Source of the DNA: Octopus bimaculoides
Taxonomy: Eukaryota
Direction of reading: 5' to 3'
Length of the DNA stretch: 64,000 nucleotides
Assembly (NCBI RefSeq): GCF_001194135.2
Contig: NC_068981.1
Coordinates: 63,503,636-63,567,635 of the forward strand
Both the position numbers and the translations under genes were made by a program. This document shows, piece after piece, positions 49,827-62,894 of this stretch; position 1 is the first letter of the stretch, and each line of letters begins with the position of its first letter. The notes beneath the pieces were generated by a model. That model worked only from the letters and a program-made list of their open reading frames with translations. It was not told where the DNA came from and did not search any database.

Positions 49827-51087
49827 CAATTTTCTTCTTTATCGCTTCTCTTTCTTTTATACAATTTCTATAATCTTTTGTTTTATTTTTGCTATTTTCT
49901 TCATAATAAAGGCCAGAATCATGTCTACTTAAGATAAAGGCTGAAGTTAGACGACTCCTTTACAGGCAGATGGGATACTTCACAACACTGAACTGGAAAT
50001 AATAATGAACGTATCAGGGCGCAGACACCGAAAGAGTGAGAAAGAGAGAGGAGGAGAGAGTCGGGTGGGGAGAAAGTGAGAGAGAAAGAGAAAATCAAGA
50101 GAGGCATACGTTTATTTTCCACCGTATATGTGTGTACAATATATATGTGTGTATATGTGTGTGAGTGTGTATGTGTGTGTGTGTGTGTCTGTATATATTC
50201 CTCTCTGTCTCTCACAGTGTGTGTGTATGTGTGTATTTTCAGAATACGGTTGTGTAGGAGAAGCAGTATAGATTAAACAATCTGTTGCTACTCGGGTTTG
50301 GTAAGATATTAAGGCAGAGACTAACATGGAAGTTTCGATCCCGTAATGGGCCATGTCACTTTATCTTGTAATTTGTACCAGTAATTTCGGATCACAGACT
50401 TATGGACAATTTTGTCGATGAGGACTACATTAATACTTAGAATTAACTAGTGAGTTTTCCCGTTATCTGTACTATAATCAGCGCTTGTTCTCAGTCTTTC
50501 TGACTGACTACCTACATGAGGCAAATTCTCAACGACCGACATAGTACAACTTCTAGTAAAATTATATGATGCCCCACCACTCACCTGCAACGGTCTTTGC
50601 ATCTCTGAATTTGCATTACCTGTCTCTCTACCTTTCTCTCATCAACTGTGCCATATTTTACTATCCAGATATCGTATTAGCCACTTCGTCCAATCCTTCT
50701 TTCCCAAACTGTAAAGGCTCTAAGAATTCCTTCCAGAATCTTTCTAAGTTCTCGCAGAATATAAATCCGAGGGTCTGCGAAGGTCACCTACACAACTAAG
50801 TCCACACCGTTACGTCCTTTAAAGAAGACATTGAAATACTTTCAAGAAGAGCACCGTAAATTTTCTCCTTTATTAGAGAATAACGTAGTTAAATGCATAT
50901 TCATATATATAGAAAAGATGTTTTAGCTTCCTTTTCGTATTTTTAGTTTGATTTTCAGTTAAATAATAAGCAAAAATAGAAAATATTTGCTCAAAATTAA
51001 ACTAAACATAAGAAAAGGAAGCTAAAACGTCTTTATATATATATGAATTTACATTTAACTACTTTATTCTCTAATATTCTCAAATAT

Positions 51088-51296
51088 AAGGCAGCGAGCT
51101 GACAGAAACGTTAGCACGCCGGGCAAAATGCTTAGCGGTATTTCGTCTGTCTTTATGCTCTGAGTTCAATTTTCGCCGAGGTCGACTTTTCCTTTCATCC
51201 TTTCGGGGTAGATAAATTAAGTACCAGTTGCGTACTGGGGTTGATCTAATCGACTGGTCACATCCCCAATTATGTCGGGTCTTGTGCCTAGAATAG
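51088..51296 (+). mobile_element. SINE family A with a perfect 15 bp target site duplication
   Basis: aatattctcaaatat at 51073-51087 and 51297-51311. Confidence 0.93.
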
Positions 51297-51996
51297 AATA
51301 TTCTCAAATATTAAGCAAAAATAAAAATATTGGTTAAAATTCTTCGGATTATATAGCGATATAGAAAACGATATAAGACTAATGTAGTTCTTTTACTTCC
51401 ACAGCTAATGTTAAAGAGAAAAGACTGTTGCTTCTGGTCATGATGTTGTGCTTTTTATGTTTATCCCCTGGTCAGCTCTAGTCAATTAAACCCATCATGA
51501 AAGCTATCCCAACCGAGACAATCTCGTTTTAATACCAGGCATAGTGTATGTAGTTCAGGACTTTGGATAAATCTGTATGTGGTGCAGAAAGGAGGAATCT
51601 GATGATCTAGTAGTGTTCCTTCGTCTGGGAGAAAACCTCGTTTCACTTAGACGAAAAGCTACTCCTTAAACAATTTATCTTTTTTTCCAACATCAAACAT
51701 ATTTATCCAAATCCATCAACGTTTCTATAGGACTTTTACCAACACAGACTACTACCAATTTCTTGGTAGCAGGATGCGTGCACTTGTTTGGCTTGGTGGC
51801 AGATAATGAGTAAAGAATGCCGCACACACAAACAGTGAGGAGGAGGAGGGGAAATAAATGACAGTTGTTAGAAAGAGAGAGAGAGGGGGGGGATACAGGG
51901 TGGAGGAAATGAAAGCGAAACAGTTCAGGACAGTATAAAAAACAAAGGAATAATTTTATAAAACAAAGCAGCAGGAGTAAAAGGAAGAGAGAGAGA

Positions 51997-52060
51997 GAGA
52001 GATGGTGAGAGGGAGAGATGGTGAGAGGGAGAGATGGTGAGAGGGAGAGATGGTGAGAGG
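51997..52060. repeat. 16 bp minisatellite x4
   Basis: gagagatggtgagagg repeated four times. Confidence 0.9.
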
Positions 52061-52169
52061 GAGAGAGAGTAGGGCGAGAAGGTTATAGGTAGAGGAGAGA
52101 GTGAGTATAGGAGGAGAAGGTGATAGGTAAAGAGGAAGAGAAGAAATTGAAGTCATTTATAAATTACTA

Positions 52170-52295
52170 TTAAAGAAATTTATCGATCTCGTAGTATGAA
52201 AGGCGAAGTTGACCAGAGCGGAATTTTAATTGAGAACGTAACAAGTCGGAACAAATAACACTAGGTATTTTGTCGGACGCTCTAGCGCCGCCTTA
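52170..52295 (-). mobile_element. SINE family A, highly diverged
   Basis: ttatcgatctcg...tgaaaggcgaagttgacc...gcggaatttt...gaacgtaa. Confidence 0.6.
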
Positions 52296-52332
52296 TTTAG
52301 GACTTCGAGAAAGACGGTTCTGCAATTTCTTG

Positions 52333-52581
52333 CCGAACAACCTGCACAAATGATTGGTTTAAAGTGATCAAATGTTTGAGCAGTACATTAGCTCACTCTC
52401 TCCATCAAATCTACAATGCCTGAACAAGTTTCTGGTGTACCAAACACCGGGTGTTGAAGTGATCGCAGAACAACGTGAATTGAAGTCTTTTGCTCAAGAA
52501 TACAACCACCCAGTCCAGGAACTGAAACCACGATCTCGCGATCGTGTCGTGAGTGTAACACCTTAACCACTTAACCACGGC
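52333..52581 (-). mobile_element. SINE family E
   Basis: ggtgttgaagtgatcgcagaacaacgtga is the reverse complement of the 44300-44330 segment; tRNA-like head at 52520-52581. Confidence 0.75.
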
Positions 52582-52768
52582 AAGATTAAAATTAGGAAGG
52601 CAATGAGCTGAAAACTTAAATAGTTATTGTCAAAAATACGCATAATTATTAGTCCTTAAATAATAAACCGTTTCATGTACAACTTATTTACTGTTAATGC
52701 CGTTTGTTCAACACACACACACGTCTTTTCCTGGGTGTATATATGTTTTCGTGTCTGATATTTGAGAA

Positions 52769-53056
52769 TTGGGACAGAACCACCCATACATGTACTTAGA
52801 AATAAAAGAGAAAGTCAAACTAATATTAAAAACCTATCACAATGCCAGTAGTAAGATAACAAGTATACGTGTACCGGTCTTGCCAGTCGTAAATATAATA
52901 AATTGGAAATTAAGTGAACTGAAGAGCTTAGATAAGAATACAAGAAAGCTAATCGCTGCATACCGAACTCCCCATTCTGAAGCTGATGCAGGCAGGAGAT
53001 ACCAACCTACCACGCGAAAAAGTGGAATGGCTTTGATAAAAACAGAGAATTCTTAA
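52769..53056 (+). mobile_element. R4/Dong-like non-LTR retrotransposon RT C-terminal fragment, decayed
   Basis: IINWKLSELKSLDKNTRKLI...HSEADAGRRY...RKSG resembles the W...EL..LD.KTRK...HP.AD..RLY..R..GGRGL block of RLE-type elements. Confidence 0.65.
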
Positions 53057-53479
53057 ATACTAGAAAAATAGACGAAGCCAGCAAATGTGTAAACTGATTA
53101 TGAAGCAGCATAGAAATAATCCCAATACTTTTCTTTATATGCTGAGACAAAATATTTTTTTTTTTACATTGCGGTGGGTGGTAGAGTCTACCACAAAGGT
53201 TCAAGTACTTCACTGGTATTTTATTTTATTGACACCGAAAGCAAGAAAGGCGGAGTTGATTTCGGCAATGGGCTGAAAACAGATGAAGGCAATGGGCTGA
53301 AAACTGAAATAGTAATTTAAAGACATATTTAACACGTTTAAGTGTATTCGGACTTGGTAGGACCTTTTGCTGTTCAGATGTTCTCAAGAAAAAAATTCTC
53401 CTCCTAGACAGGGTTTTAGTACCATTTGAAGGGGAACATTTTTAGTATAATTAAAAAAACATCGAATTTAAGAAGTGCC

Positions 53480-55700
53480 CAAAGAAACATAGCAAGCACC
53501 AAAGAAAACTAAATGAACTGCTCAAGACCTTCAGGAACGCAACTGGAATATTGGTGCCTGCGGACAAAGCTGGTAACCGCTATAATGTTGATATTAACAC
53601 ATACACTAAGCATTTAACTAAGCAATTACATAGCAAATACAAGCACACACCACACAATAAATAGAAAATACAGATAAGAAGGGGCTGGAAATAGTTAAGA
53701 AATCAGGTATACAAGACAAGACTAGACCTTACACCCCTATGACACTTAAAATAAGCCTAAAAGACCATAAGAAAAACTTCCAGGATAACCCATCAGTAAG
53801 ACTTATATGCCCTTCTAAATCGGATATAGGTAAAATTAGCAAGGCAATAATAGATAGGATAATATCTAAATTAAAATGTGTAACCAAACTCAAATTGTGA
53901 ACTAACACCAATGGAATTAGCACATGGTTTAAAAGCCTGGGGAACAAAATCAAGACCAAGTTTGTGCAGCTAGACATATCAAATCAGTCCATAAGCCCGG
54001 TTCTACTAAACAAGGCACTAATATTCGCAAAGACCTCATTAGCAAAGAAATAAATATGATTTTGCCGGCTAGAAGCACTCTAATTGAATACGGAGATAAA
54101 CCCTGGACTCGATCAGACAGGGTAGAATCATTCGGCATAACAATGGGGTCTAGCGACTCGGCGCATGCAACGAATATAATAGGAATATACCTATTATCGC
54201 AAATAGAATCTTGGCTCCCGAACATAGGGAGCGGGTGATTTAATAGAGACGACGCATTATTCACAATACAAAAAAGTAGCAACGTAGAAATAGAAAGCTG
54301 CAAGAAATTTTTTTTTAATTCTTTAAGAACTTTGGATTGGAAATTGAAATAGAAAAACCAAATGAGAACTTAAAATATGCGAACCGAAGATCCAACAATC
54401 CGGGACATATACTGCAAAGCATCCCAAGAAGCGTGTGTAACAGAATACCCAGACTATCCACGGATTAATTCGATATGCACACCGAATATTACAACGTGAT
54501 TAATTCGATATGCACGCCGAATATAACAACTCATCACCAGCTAGGGCGGGATATAAGGATAGAATAGTATACATACAGAATAAGACAGAAAAGAAACGAT
54601 ATCCAGAAAGCATTATAAATATAGAGATAATCATATAAATAACCGCAGAATACCAGAACCTAGAAAAATAGTAAATATGATAGAAACCAAAAGGGAAAGA
54701 AAAAACAACCATAACACAAAAAAGGATAGATATAAAACAACCCACGAAACAGCATTCAAAGGTAGAAAGAAGGGCACCGTTAAATGCCGATAGAAACAAT
54801 AAAACAGTAAAAGGAGCGGAAACAAAATACACTAATAACAAACCCAATAGATATATAAAAAGAAATGGAAAAATATTGTATTTCCCAAGATCTTTCAAAT
54901 ATCACAAAATCATCAACAGGCTTAATGTAAAATTAGCATACGCGACCTTTCACAATCTAGAATACCATATACACGTACAAAGTAAAAGTAAATAAAATAA
55001 AATAAAACTGGTGGGTGAGGAAATACGGAACAACCGTAGATCATAGCACGGTATACGACGATGAAATGGTTGCAAATAGGATTAATAAAACCTCATCAAT
55101 AGCAAAGATGCATCCATACAACACCACACAATTGAGAGTCTAATCTATACATAAAAAAAATGAGTACACGATTACAGGAGGAAGAGGGAAGGGGAGCACC
55201 GGTAGTAACTCCACTGGGAGAACAGAGAAAAATAATATCACATGTAACTATAAACCTAAAGAGGAATGCAGGTTTAACAACTGCATGAATATAGTTTTAA
55301 AATATGAGGTGAAGGCAGATATGCAGAAAAATGTGTACATTGGTGGCACCGGAGACATCATGAAAAATCGTCTGCGTAACCATCTTACATCATTTTCCAA
55401 TACAAACAAAAGGTACTCTACATTATTATCGAACCTCGTCTGGAGACTCAAACAGAATGGTGTAGAGGATACGTCACACTGGTCTATTGTAAGAGATGCT
55501 GCACTATACAACCAAACATCACGGGTAAGCAGCTTATGTCTAGAGGAAACTCTGGCAATTATCAAATCTGGGGAAAACGTGATTAATAGACACTCCGAGG
55601 TGATTGTATCATGTAAACATAATAACAAAACATTGTTTCTGGAATCCCAAAAAATATTTTAAAACAGAGCATCAACCGCCCTTTGCATATTATAGAAAAC
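53480..55700 (+). mobile_element. Penelope-like element, Naiad-type RT plus C-terminal GIY-YIG, decayed
   Basis: ADKAGNRY (53560), LKDHKKNFQDNPSVRLICPSKSDIGKISK, FVQLDI, TMGS (54139) and NRDD (54242). Cys linker CNYKPKEECRFNNC (55243), then VYIGGT...KNRLRNHLTSF...YSTLLSNLVW...LCLEE...CKH, stop at 55662. Multiple frameshifts. Confidence 0.88.
54463..54532. repeat. 35 bp tandem duplication inside the PLE
   Basis: gattaattcgatatgcac(a/g)ccgaatat(t/a)acaac occurs twice. Confidence 0.85.
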
Positions 55701-56704
55701 AAATAAACAAACAAACAAACCAATATTTAGGATGCTATACACTACACCACCGTACCACCAGAAATAATTAAAAGGCTACCCTAAGAAAGTATCATTTATT
55801 AATTCAGACAGTGAACTCCAACAGTTGATGGCTGTAGTGGCTATACCAGCTGACCTACCCATCCTTGACATCTGCAGACTGTATAGCAAAATAAGTCCAA
55901 CATCACCACATACACCTCCCTCCCCCTATAACTACCATTCCTTCTTCTCTTTCTATCGCCTTGCCCTCCTCCCCACCAGGTACACACAGAAATACATTCT
56001 CACTGGTCAAAGGGGATAAACAACCCTCAGTTAAACATCGATTAATGCTATATCACCTGAAGAAATGAATCCAGGAAGATGATCAACTTGATGTCCACAG
56101 ATGCTATGGACTACACTGCAATCATCCCAGGAATACAGACTGTGGTCTTAAGAGACATGTGACTTGTGGAAATGCGCGTAGTGATGCATTAAAATATTCA
56201 TAAATTCCATCCAAGAATTATTGTTATTATTACTATATTTATCCTACATTAAATCAGTATGCTCGATGCAACCTCCCCAAAACTGGTCCTCCAATCAGTA
56301 TCATCAGACTGTGGCTGACATAATGGAACAAGAGCTTTATTTGCATATTCAAAACGTTTCCTGTAAACAAAAGAGATATATATATATATCAGGAGTAAAA
56401 TATTCAAAAGTGAATGTTTATATAGATATTAATATTGCTATTATCGAAGGCAGTATAAATAACTGATAATAACAGCAGCATTAATATAGGTAGTTGCAGG
56501 CCTAAAATAGCATTATGAAGCTATCGAATTAAAATTATATTAATCAGAAGGACACATTAATGTGTCTACCTGCTAGAATGAGAGTTAAAACCACCAAAAA
56601 TTACCACTGAAAATAACAGAATCAACAGTACTCAGGCAATCGGAACGAAAAAAATTCCTCACAAACCTATGTAGCATAAAGCTATATATTTATTGGTGTA
56701 GTAT

Positions 56705-56759
56705 ACACACGGACCGGTTTCTGGTTTGATATAAAGATCTTACCTTCCTCAGCACATAC
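56705..56759 (-). ncRNA. Type I hammerhead ribozyme motif, left arm
   Basis: CUGAGGA-A-GGU...ACC-A-GAA-ACCGGU-C; stem I is GU-rich and weaker. Confidence 0.6.
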
Positions 56760-56849
56760 TAACCGTTAGAAAAATATTTTGGAGCAAAACAGTTCAGGAC
56801 GCTAGCAGATTTCAACGTAGCGTATTGGGAATTTTTTTTCTAATGGTTA

Positions 56850-56904
56850 ATACGTGCTGAAGAAGGTAAGATTTTTATATCAAACCAGAAACCGGTCCGC
56901 GTGT
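56850..56904 (+). ncRNA. Type I hammerhead ribozyme motif, right arm
   Basis: AUACGUG-CUGAAGA-A-GGU aa GAU uuuuau AUC aa ACC-A-GAA-ACCGGU-C-CGCGUGU: 7 bp stem I with 2 GU pairs, palindromic ACCGGU, GUC triplet. Confidence 0.72.
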
Positions 56905-57734
56905 ATACTTATAACAGTAAATATATAGCTTTATGCTATACTGGGATGTGAGGGATATTTTCGATCCGCTTACTCGAGTACTGTTGATTCTGTTATTATT
57001 TTCAGTGTTAGCTTTTGGTGGTTTAAATAAGGATTTTAATTCTTATTTCTAACGGGTATACACATTAGTGTGTCCTTATGATTAATATAATTTTAATTAT
57101 ATATATANNNNNNNNNNNNNNNNNNNNNNNNNNNNNNNNNNNNNNNNNNNNNNNNNNNNNNNNNNNNNNNNNNNNNNNNNNNNNNNNNNNNNNNNNNNNN
57201 NNNNNNNNNNNNNNNNNNNNNNNNNNNNNNNNNNNNNNNNNNNNNNNNNNNNNNNNNNNNNNNNNNNNNNNNNNNNNNNNNNNACAATGCACTATAAAAA
57301 CAACAATGGACTATAATAGCTGGTGTAATTTAATCATCCATATTCTGATAAAATGTTTCGGAATATAAAAATTCCTTCTTCAGATATCCTTAGGGATTAA
57401 TCGAGTCACTGCTACAATCGATTTTCCAACGACTTTTTTCTTTTTTCTTTTTCTTTCCCTTTTTTTCCTTTCCCCGGAAGTGTCTCTGCCCTAGTTTCAC
57501 GAAGCTCCTTCCGGAATTCCTCATAAGAAGTGCGTGAGGTCGGCTATGTCTCAATCTCGTGTGTGCTGGCACATCCGTAGCGCTGCTTCTAAGTTATATA
57601 TTATACGTGCAGCTTCCTCTATTTTCCATTTCTCCTTCCTTTTTGTTTCTTTTCTTTTCTTTTCGCTTCTCCCTTTTTTTAATAAAAAATACATGAGCAT
57701 GTCATAAAAAAAACTTACACGCATCCAGATGTAG

Positions 57735-58260
57735 CTAGAGAATATATTGACTGCCAAGCTCCAGCCTGTTGTTAATTTGGGGCCCTAGTCTGTCTATGAG
57801 AATAGCTTTCTTAATTCTTAAATTACCCAGATTTCTTTCATTGGCCTCAATTGTAAATGTTATGCTTTTGTCGATGTGCCGGCATCTGTCTCGATGTTTT
57901 CTGAAGGAGAAGGCTCTCATGTTCAGATGTTCTTTGATGCGAATGTGCAACGGTCTTGTTGTGCTACCCACATAGAACTTGTTGCATTTGTCACATTGTA
58001 TTCTATACACGACAGTTACCCGTTAGCAGAAGTCTATGTCACGGATAGGACAGTTTTCTAGTGTGCATTGATTGCTGTCCCTTGCCCGTTTCCTTGCGAG
58101 ATGTCTTCTCAGAGAGGGGCCGGAGTGGGCCAGTTGTATGTCTAGTCCTTCTCTTCTTATGTAACCAATTCATTTATGGCCACATCACACTCTGCACTGT
58201 ATCGATATCTAACAACATGACCAAGCATCGACGTTGCACTGAATACTATCGAATTTCCAC
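57735..58260 (-). mobile_element. Penelope-like element 3' fragment (Cys-rich linker plus GIY-YIG endonuclease)
   Basis: CTLENCPIRDIDFC*RVTVVYRIQCDKCNKFYVGSTTRPLHIRIKEH...IKKAILI...PQINNR; one in-frame stop. Confidence 0.88.
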
Positions 58261-58374
58261 TAGTTAGGCTACCCGTGCACCCAGTAGCTCATAAAAGGAA
58301 GTGTTAAATGTTATATAAATATAACTACGGCTGCCAGGAAGTAAAATGATATAGGTAAAATAAAAATAAAATTG

Positions 58375-58446
<72 letters not shown>

Positions 58447-58876
58447 GACAGGAAGAACAATTCAAGAACAATTCTGAGAGATAAGGCAGATGGCTTTATT
58501 AAATGTAACAGCAGCACTTATGTTAAGTCTTTAACTTGAAGAAAACCGCTTACAATATAGCAGAGATGTGCAACATTTAACTTGAATGCTAAACAAAAAT
58601 TTTAAATAATAATAATAGAGGAAAAAAAAAAAGAACATGAGAATAAAGGATAGAGCTGGCAAATTTGAGTTGGGCTGCTTATGATAGTGTTGACAGTGGT
58701 GGTGAAGATATAAATGCGAGAGAAGATCGTGTGTGTGTGTGTGTGTGTATGTGTGTGCGTGCGTGTGTGCGTGCGTGCGTGTGTGTGTGTTTATTTATAA
58801 TTTTTACAGGAAACTTGATGACAGCACTCTTGAATTATTTATTTTACGTATCCGTACTAGCGTGCATACCTCTTTG

Positions 58877-58955
<79 letters not shown>

Positions 58956-59026
58956 GTCTGTCTGTCTGCGTTTATATGCATTCACGTACGTACGTACGTG
59001 CGTGCGTATGTGCATACATACATACC

Positions 59027-59057
<31 letters not shown>

Positions 59058-59098
59058 GTATGTGTGCGTGTGCGTATATATGTATGTGTGTGTATATG

Positions 59099-59134
<36 letters not shown>

Positions 59135-60067
59135 CGTGTATATGTATATATATATATATATATGCATGCATATACATACATATATATGTGCGTACGCGCG
59201 CGTGTGTATGTATGTATATATACACAAAAACATGTATGGTGTGTATCTCTTTATAGATTTTGATTTATGCACGTATGTATGTATGTGTTTGTGTGTGTAT
59301 AGATATATGTATGTATCTATCTATCCCTCAATATATTTCTATTTATAAAATGTTATAATATAATGAATTACTCACAGGAAGGAGGCCACACCCGCGACCT
59401 TTTATATGATGCCCAACCAAATACTTGAGAGACTAAAAGAAGAAAACAACCAGTCCCTCTTTGTGGTTGTAGGAGGCAGATCCTCACGGCGTCCTGTTAT
59501 TTTCGGACCAGAGACCTGCTCGAAGGATTGAAACAAAAAGAATTTTGCTAAAGAGGGAGCTGCAAAACTGGTCAATAGATTAATAGTACCTCGTGAGAAG
59601 ATAGAGTTGAAAAGGCTTCTGCACAGTGTTCCGCCCGTGTTCGTCTACTTTAATGCAATTGGATTAACTGGAGGTTATGTTAGAAACCAGTTATTGCAGG
59701 AAGGTACTTAACACACGCTTTGGTCGTACTCGAAGTAAGAAGGCTGTGTAACGAAGTTCTTATCTATATAGCGTCGTCGACCATATATCAATGTGAGAGA
59801 TGAGCGTGACCTATATTGTATCAAATTAACAGTTAGAGATTTGAAGCCTCGAATCATGTCCTAAATATGGAAGTGACTTAAAATCGAACTATAAAAACCA
59901 CTGTGTAATTATGCACCAAGTGCATCATAACAGGAGCACACTGTAGAGATAAATGCAGGATTTATGTAAAGGAGTCAAATCCTTCGTTAGTTCACAGTAT
60001 AGGGTTTATATATAATCCCTTAATGATTTTCATGAGCAGAGAGCAAAGTATATTTCCTACAAAGATG

Positions 60068-60116
<49 letters not shown>

Positions 60117-61009
60117 NNNNNNNNNNNNNNNNNNNNNNNNNNNNNNNNNNNNNNNNNNNNNNNNNNNNNNNNNNNNNNNNNNNNNNNNNNNNNNNNNNNN
60201 NNNNNNNNNNNNNNNNNNNNNNNNNNNNNNNNNNNNNNNNNNNNNNNNNNNNNNNNNNNNNNNNNNNNNNNNNNNNNNNNNNNNNNNNNNNNNNNNNNNN
60301 NNNNNNNNNNNNNNNNNNNNNNNNNNNNNNNNNNNNNNNNNNNNNNNNNNNNNNNNNNNNNNNNNNNNNNNNNNNNNNNNNNNNNNNNNNNNNNNNNNNN
60401 NNNNNNNNNNNNNNNNNNNNNNNNNNNNNNNNNNNNNNNNNNNNNNNNNNNNNNNNNNNNNNNNNNNNNNNNNNNNNNNNNNNNNNNNNNNNNNNNNNNN
60501 NNNNNNNNNNNNNNNNNNNNNNNNNNNNNNNNNNNNNNNNNNNNNNNNNNNNNNNNNNNNNNNNNNNNNNNNNNNNNNNNNNNNNNNNNNNNNNNNNNNN
60601 NNNNNNNNNNNNNNNNNNNNNNNNNNNNNNNNNNNNNNNNNNNNNNNNNNNNNNNNNNNNNNNNNNNNNNNNNNNNNNNNNNNNNNNNNNNNNNNNNNNN
60701 NNNNNNNNNNNNNNNNNNNNNNNNNNNNNNNNNNNNNNNNNNNNNNNNNNNNNNNNNNNNNNNNNNNNNNNNNNNNNNNNNNNNNNNNNNNNNNNNNNNN
60801 NNNNNNNNNNNNNNNNNNNNNNNNNNNNNNNNNNNNNNNNNNNNNNNNNNNNNNNNNNNNNNNNNNNNNNNNNNNNNNNNNNNNNNNNNNNNNNNNNNNN
60901 NNNNNNNNNNNNNNNNNNNNNNNNNNNNNNNNNNNNNNNNNNNNNNNNNNNNNNNNNATTCAGAGGCTTTTGAGATTAGATGTAGCCCACCACGATATAA
61001 AATTATAAT

Positions 61010-61128
61010 TGTTTAGGAGAAAGGAGGAGGAGGAGAAGAAGAAGAAGAAGAAGAAGAAGAATGAGGAGGAGGAGGAGGAGGAGAAGGAGAAGGAGAAGAA
61101 GAAGAAGAAGAAGAAGAAGAAGAAGAAG

Positions 61129-61158
<30 letters not shown>
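61010..61158. repeat. (GAG)n/(AAG)n purine microsatellite
   Basis: Directly visible. Confidence 0.95.
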
Positions 61159-61159
<1 letters not shown>

Positions 61160-61216
61160 GTTCAACGTTGAGACCATTTAGCATCTTGATTAAGTCCTGC
61201 ATACTCCTCCATATGT

Positions 61217-61526
61217 GAAGGCGCGTGGCTTAGTAGTTAGCGTATTCTGTTCATGATCGTAAGGTCTAGAGTTCAGTTCTCGGCGACGCGTTGTGTCCTT
61301 GAGCAAGAGTCTTTATTTCCCGTTGCTCAAGTCCATTCAGCTGGCAAAAATGATTAGTAACTGTGTTTCAAGGGGCCAGCCTTGTCATACTCTGTGTCAC
61401 GTTGAATCTCCCTGAGAACTACGTTAAGGACATACGTGTCTGTGGAGTGCTCAGCCACATGCACAAGCAGGCTGTTCCGTTGATCGGATCAACTGGAACC
61501 TGCGTCATCGTAACCGACGGAGGGCC
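61217..61526 (+). mobile_element. SINE family C, near full length
   Basis: Head gaaggcgcgtggcttagtagttag, centre ttgtgtccttgagcaagagtctttatttc, and a tail ending taaccgacggag. Confidence 0.9.
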
Positions 61527-62617
61527 GGTCTCTCCTCCATATTTAAGCTGGGCTCTGTAAATCATGGTGTTTTGGATAGTGATGTTCAGACAGACGTTTA
61601 TAGAATGGAATCATGCAGTAAAGAAATCAAGGGCAGATAAGTGAATGTATCTTGTAATTGCAATTTATCCTCTATTTCAGAATTTGTGATTTTGGTCTTT
61701 CGCTATTCTGACGTTCAGGTTTGGGGTTCGGTGGGTTTCAATCTTTCAGAGTTTCTGTATTTGAAATTATGCCAATCGGAATTGTGTGTGAATCCTTAGT
61801 TATATGCAATACAATTATGATTCCCTTCCCACTGTTAACTGGAATATTTGTTGCACGCGAATCTCTAGACCTAATCACCCACATGTCGTAATGGTGATCA
61901 GAAAAATACCTACAAACACCAGCACCCAGACAAGCTACAGCAGCACTACCACTACCTCCAGTACCACCACCTACACTAGCATTACTGACTTCTACAAGCC
62001 AACACTACAAAGACCCACCACTCAGCACCCGTCGAGGGCAAGATGAAGTGCATTGATTAAATGAGAAAGTAAACCTGCATTGCGTACTCAGTTTGCTTTG
62101 AGCTTCCAATCACATTAAGGTATTCGAGCTTTAAGTACATATGCGCTGTTAGAAAAGAAACGGAAGTTTTCGCAAATGAAAATTAGATACAAAAAAGGAA
62201 ACAAAAAGCCCCNNNNNNNNNNNNNNNNNNNNNNNNNNNNNNNNNNNNNNNNNNNNNNNNNNNNNNNNNNNNNNNNNNNNNNNNNNNNNNNNNNNNNNNN
62301 NNNNNNNNNNNNNNNNNNNNNNNNNNNNNNNNNNNNNNNNNNNNNNNNNNNNNNNNNNNNNNNNNNNNNNNNNNNNNNNNNNNNNNNNNNNNNNNNNNNN
62401 NNNNNNNNNNNNNNNNNNNNNNNNNNNNNNNNNNNNNNNNNNNNNNNNNNNNNNNNNNNNNNNNNNNNNNNNNNNNNNNNNNNNNNNNNNNNNNNNNNNN
62501 NNNNNNNNNNNNNNNNNNNNNNNNNNNNNNNNNNNNNNNNNNNNNNNNNNNNNNNNNNNNNNNNNNNNNNNNNNNNNNNNNNNNNNNNNNNNNNNNNNNN
62601 NNNNNNNNNNNNNNNNN

Positions 62618-62649
<32 letters not shown>

Positions 62650-62810
62650 TGCGTGTTTATATACATATATTCACATATGCATATGTATATATATGCATCA
62701 TGTATGTATAAACGAACGCATGCGAATGAGTGTATTACATGTATCTGTTCATGTACGTCTGGAGGCCTGTATGTTTGTATATCTGTCTGTCTGACTGTTT
62801 TTCTGTTCAT

Positions 62811-62894
<84 letters not shown>

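Larger units (their letters stand above)
56527..57098. repeat. Long inverted repeat (arms about 250 bp, spacer about 60 bp), probable inverted Penelope terminal repeats
   Basis: 56527-56774 is the reverse complement of 56835-57098 at roughly 80% identity, estimated by eye. Confidence 0.92.

Noticed and set aside
53264-53304. 17 bp direct repeat ggcaatgggctgaaaac x2
   Set aside because: Simple local duplication at the edge of a decayed SINE fragment; no further structure.
53896-53902. In-frame TGA as possible selenocysteine in the Naiad-type element
   Set aside because: It aligns to a conserved Trp (TGG to TGA decay) in a copy with many other lesions.
59370-59800. Non-repetitive-looking GC-richer segment, possibly coding or LINE-derived
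   Set aside because: Stops interrupt the plus-strand frames examined, no long ORF is listed for it, and no motif was recognised.
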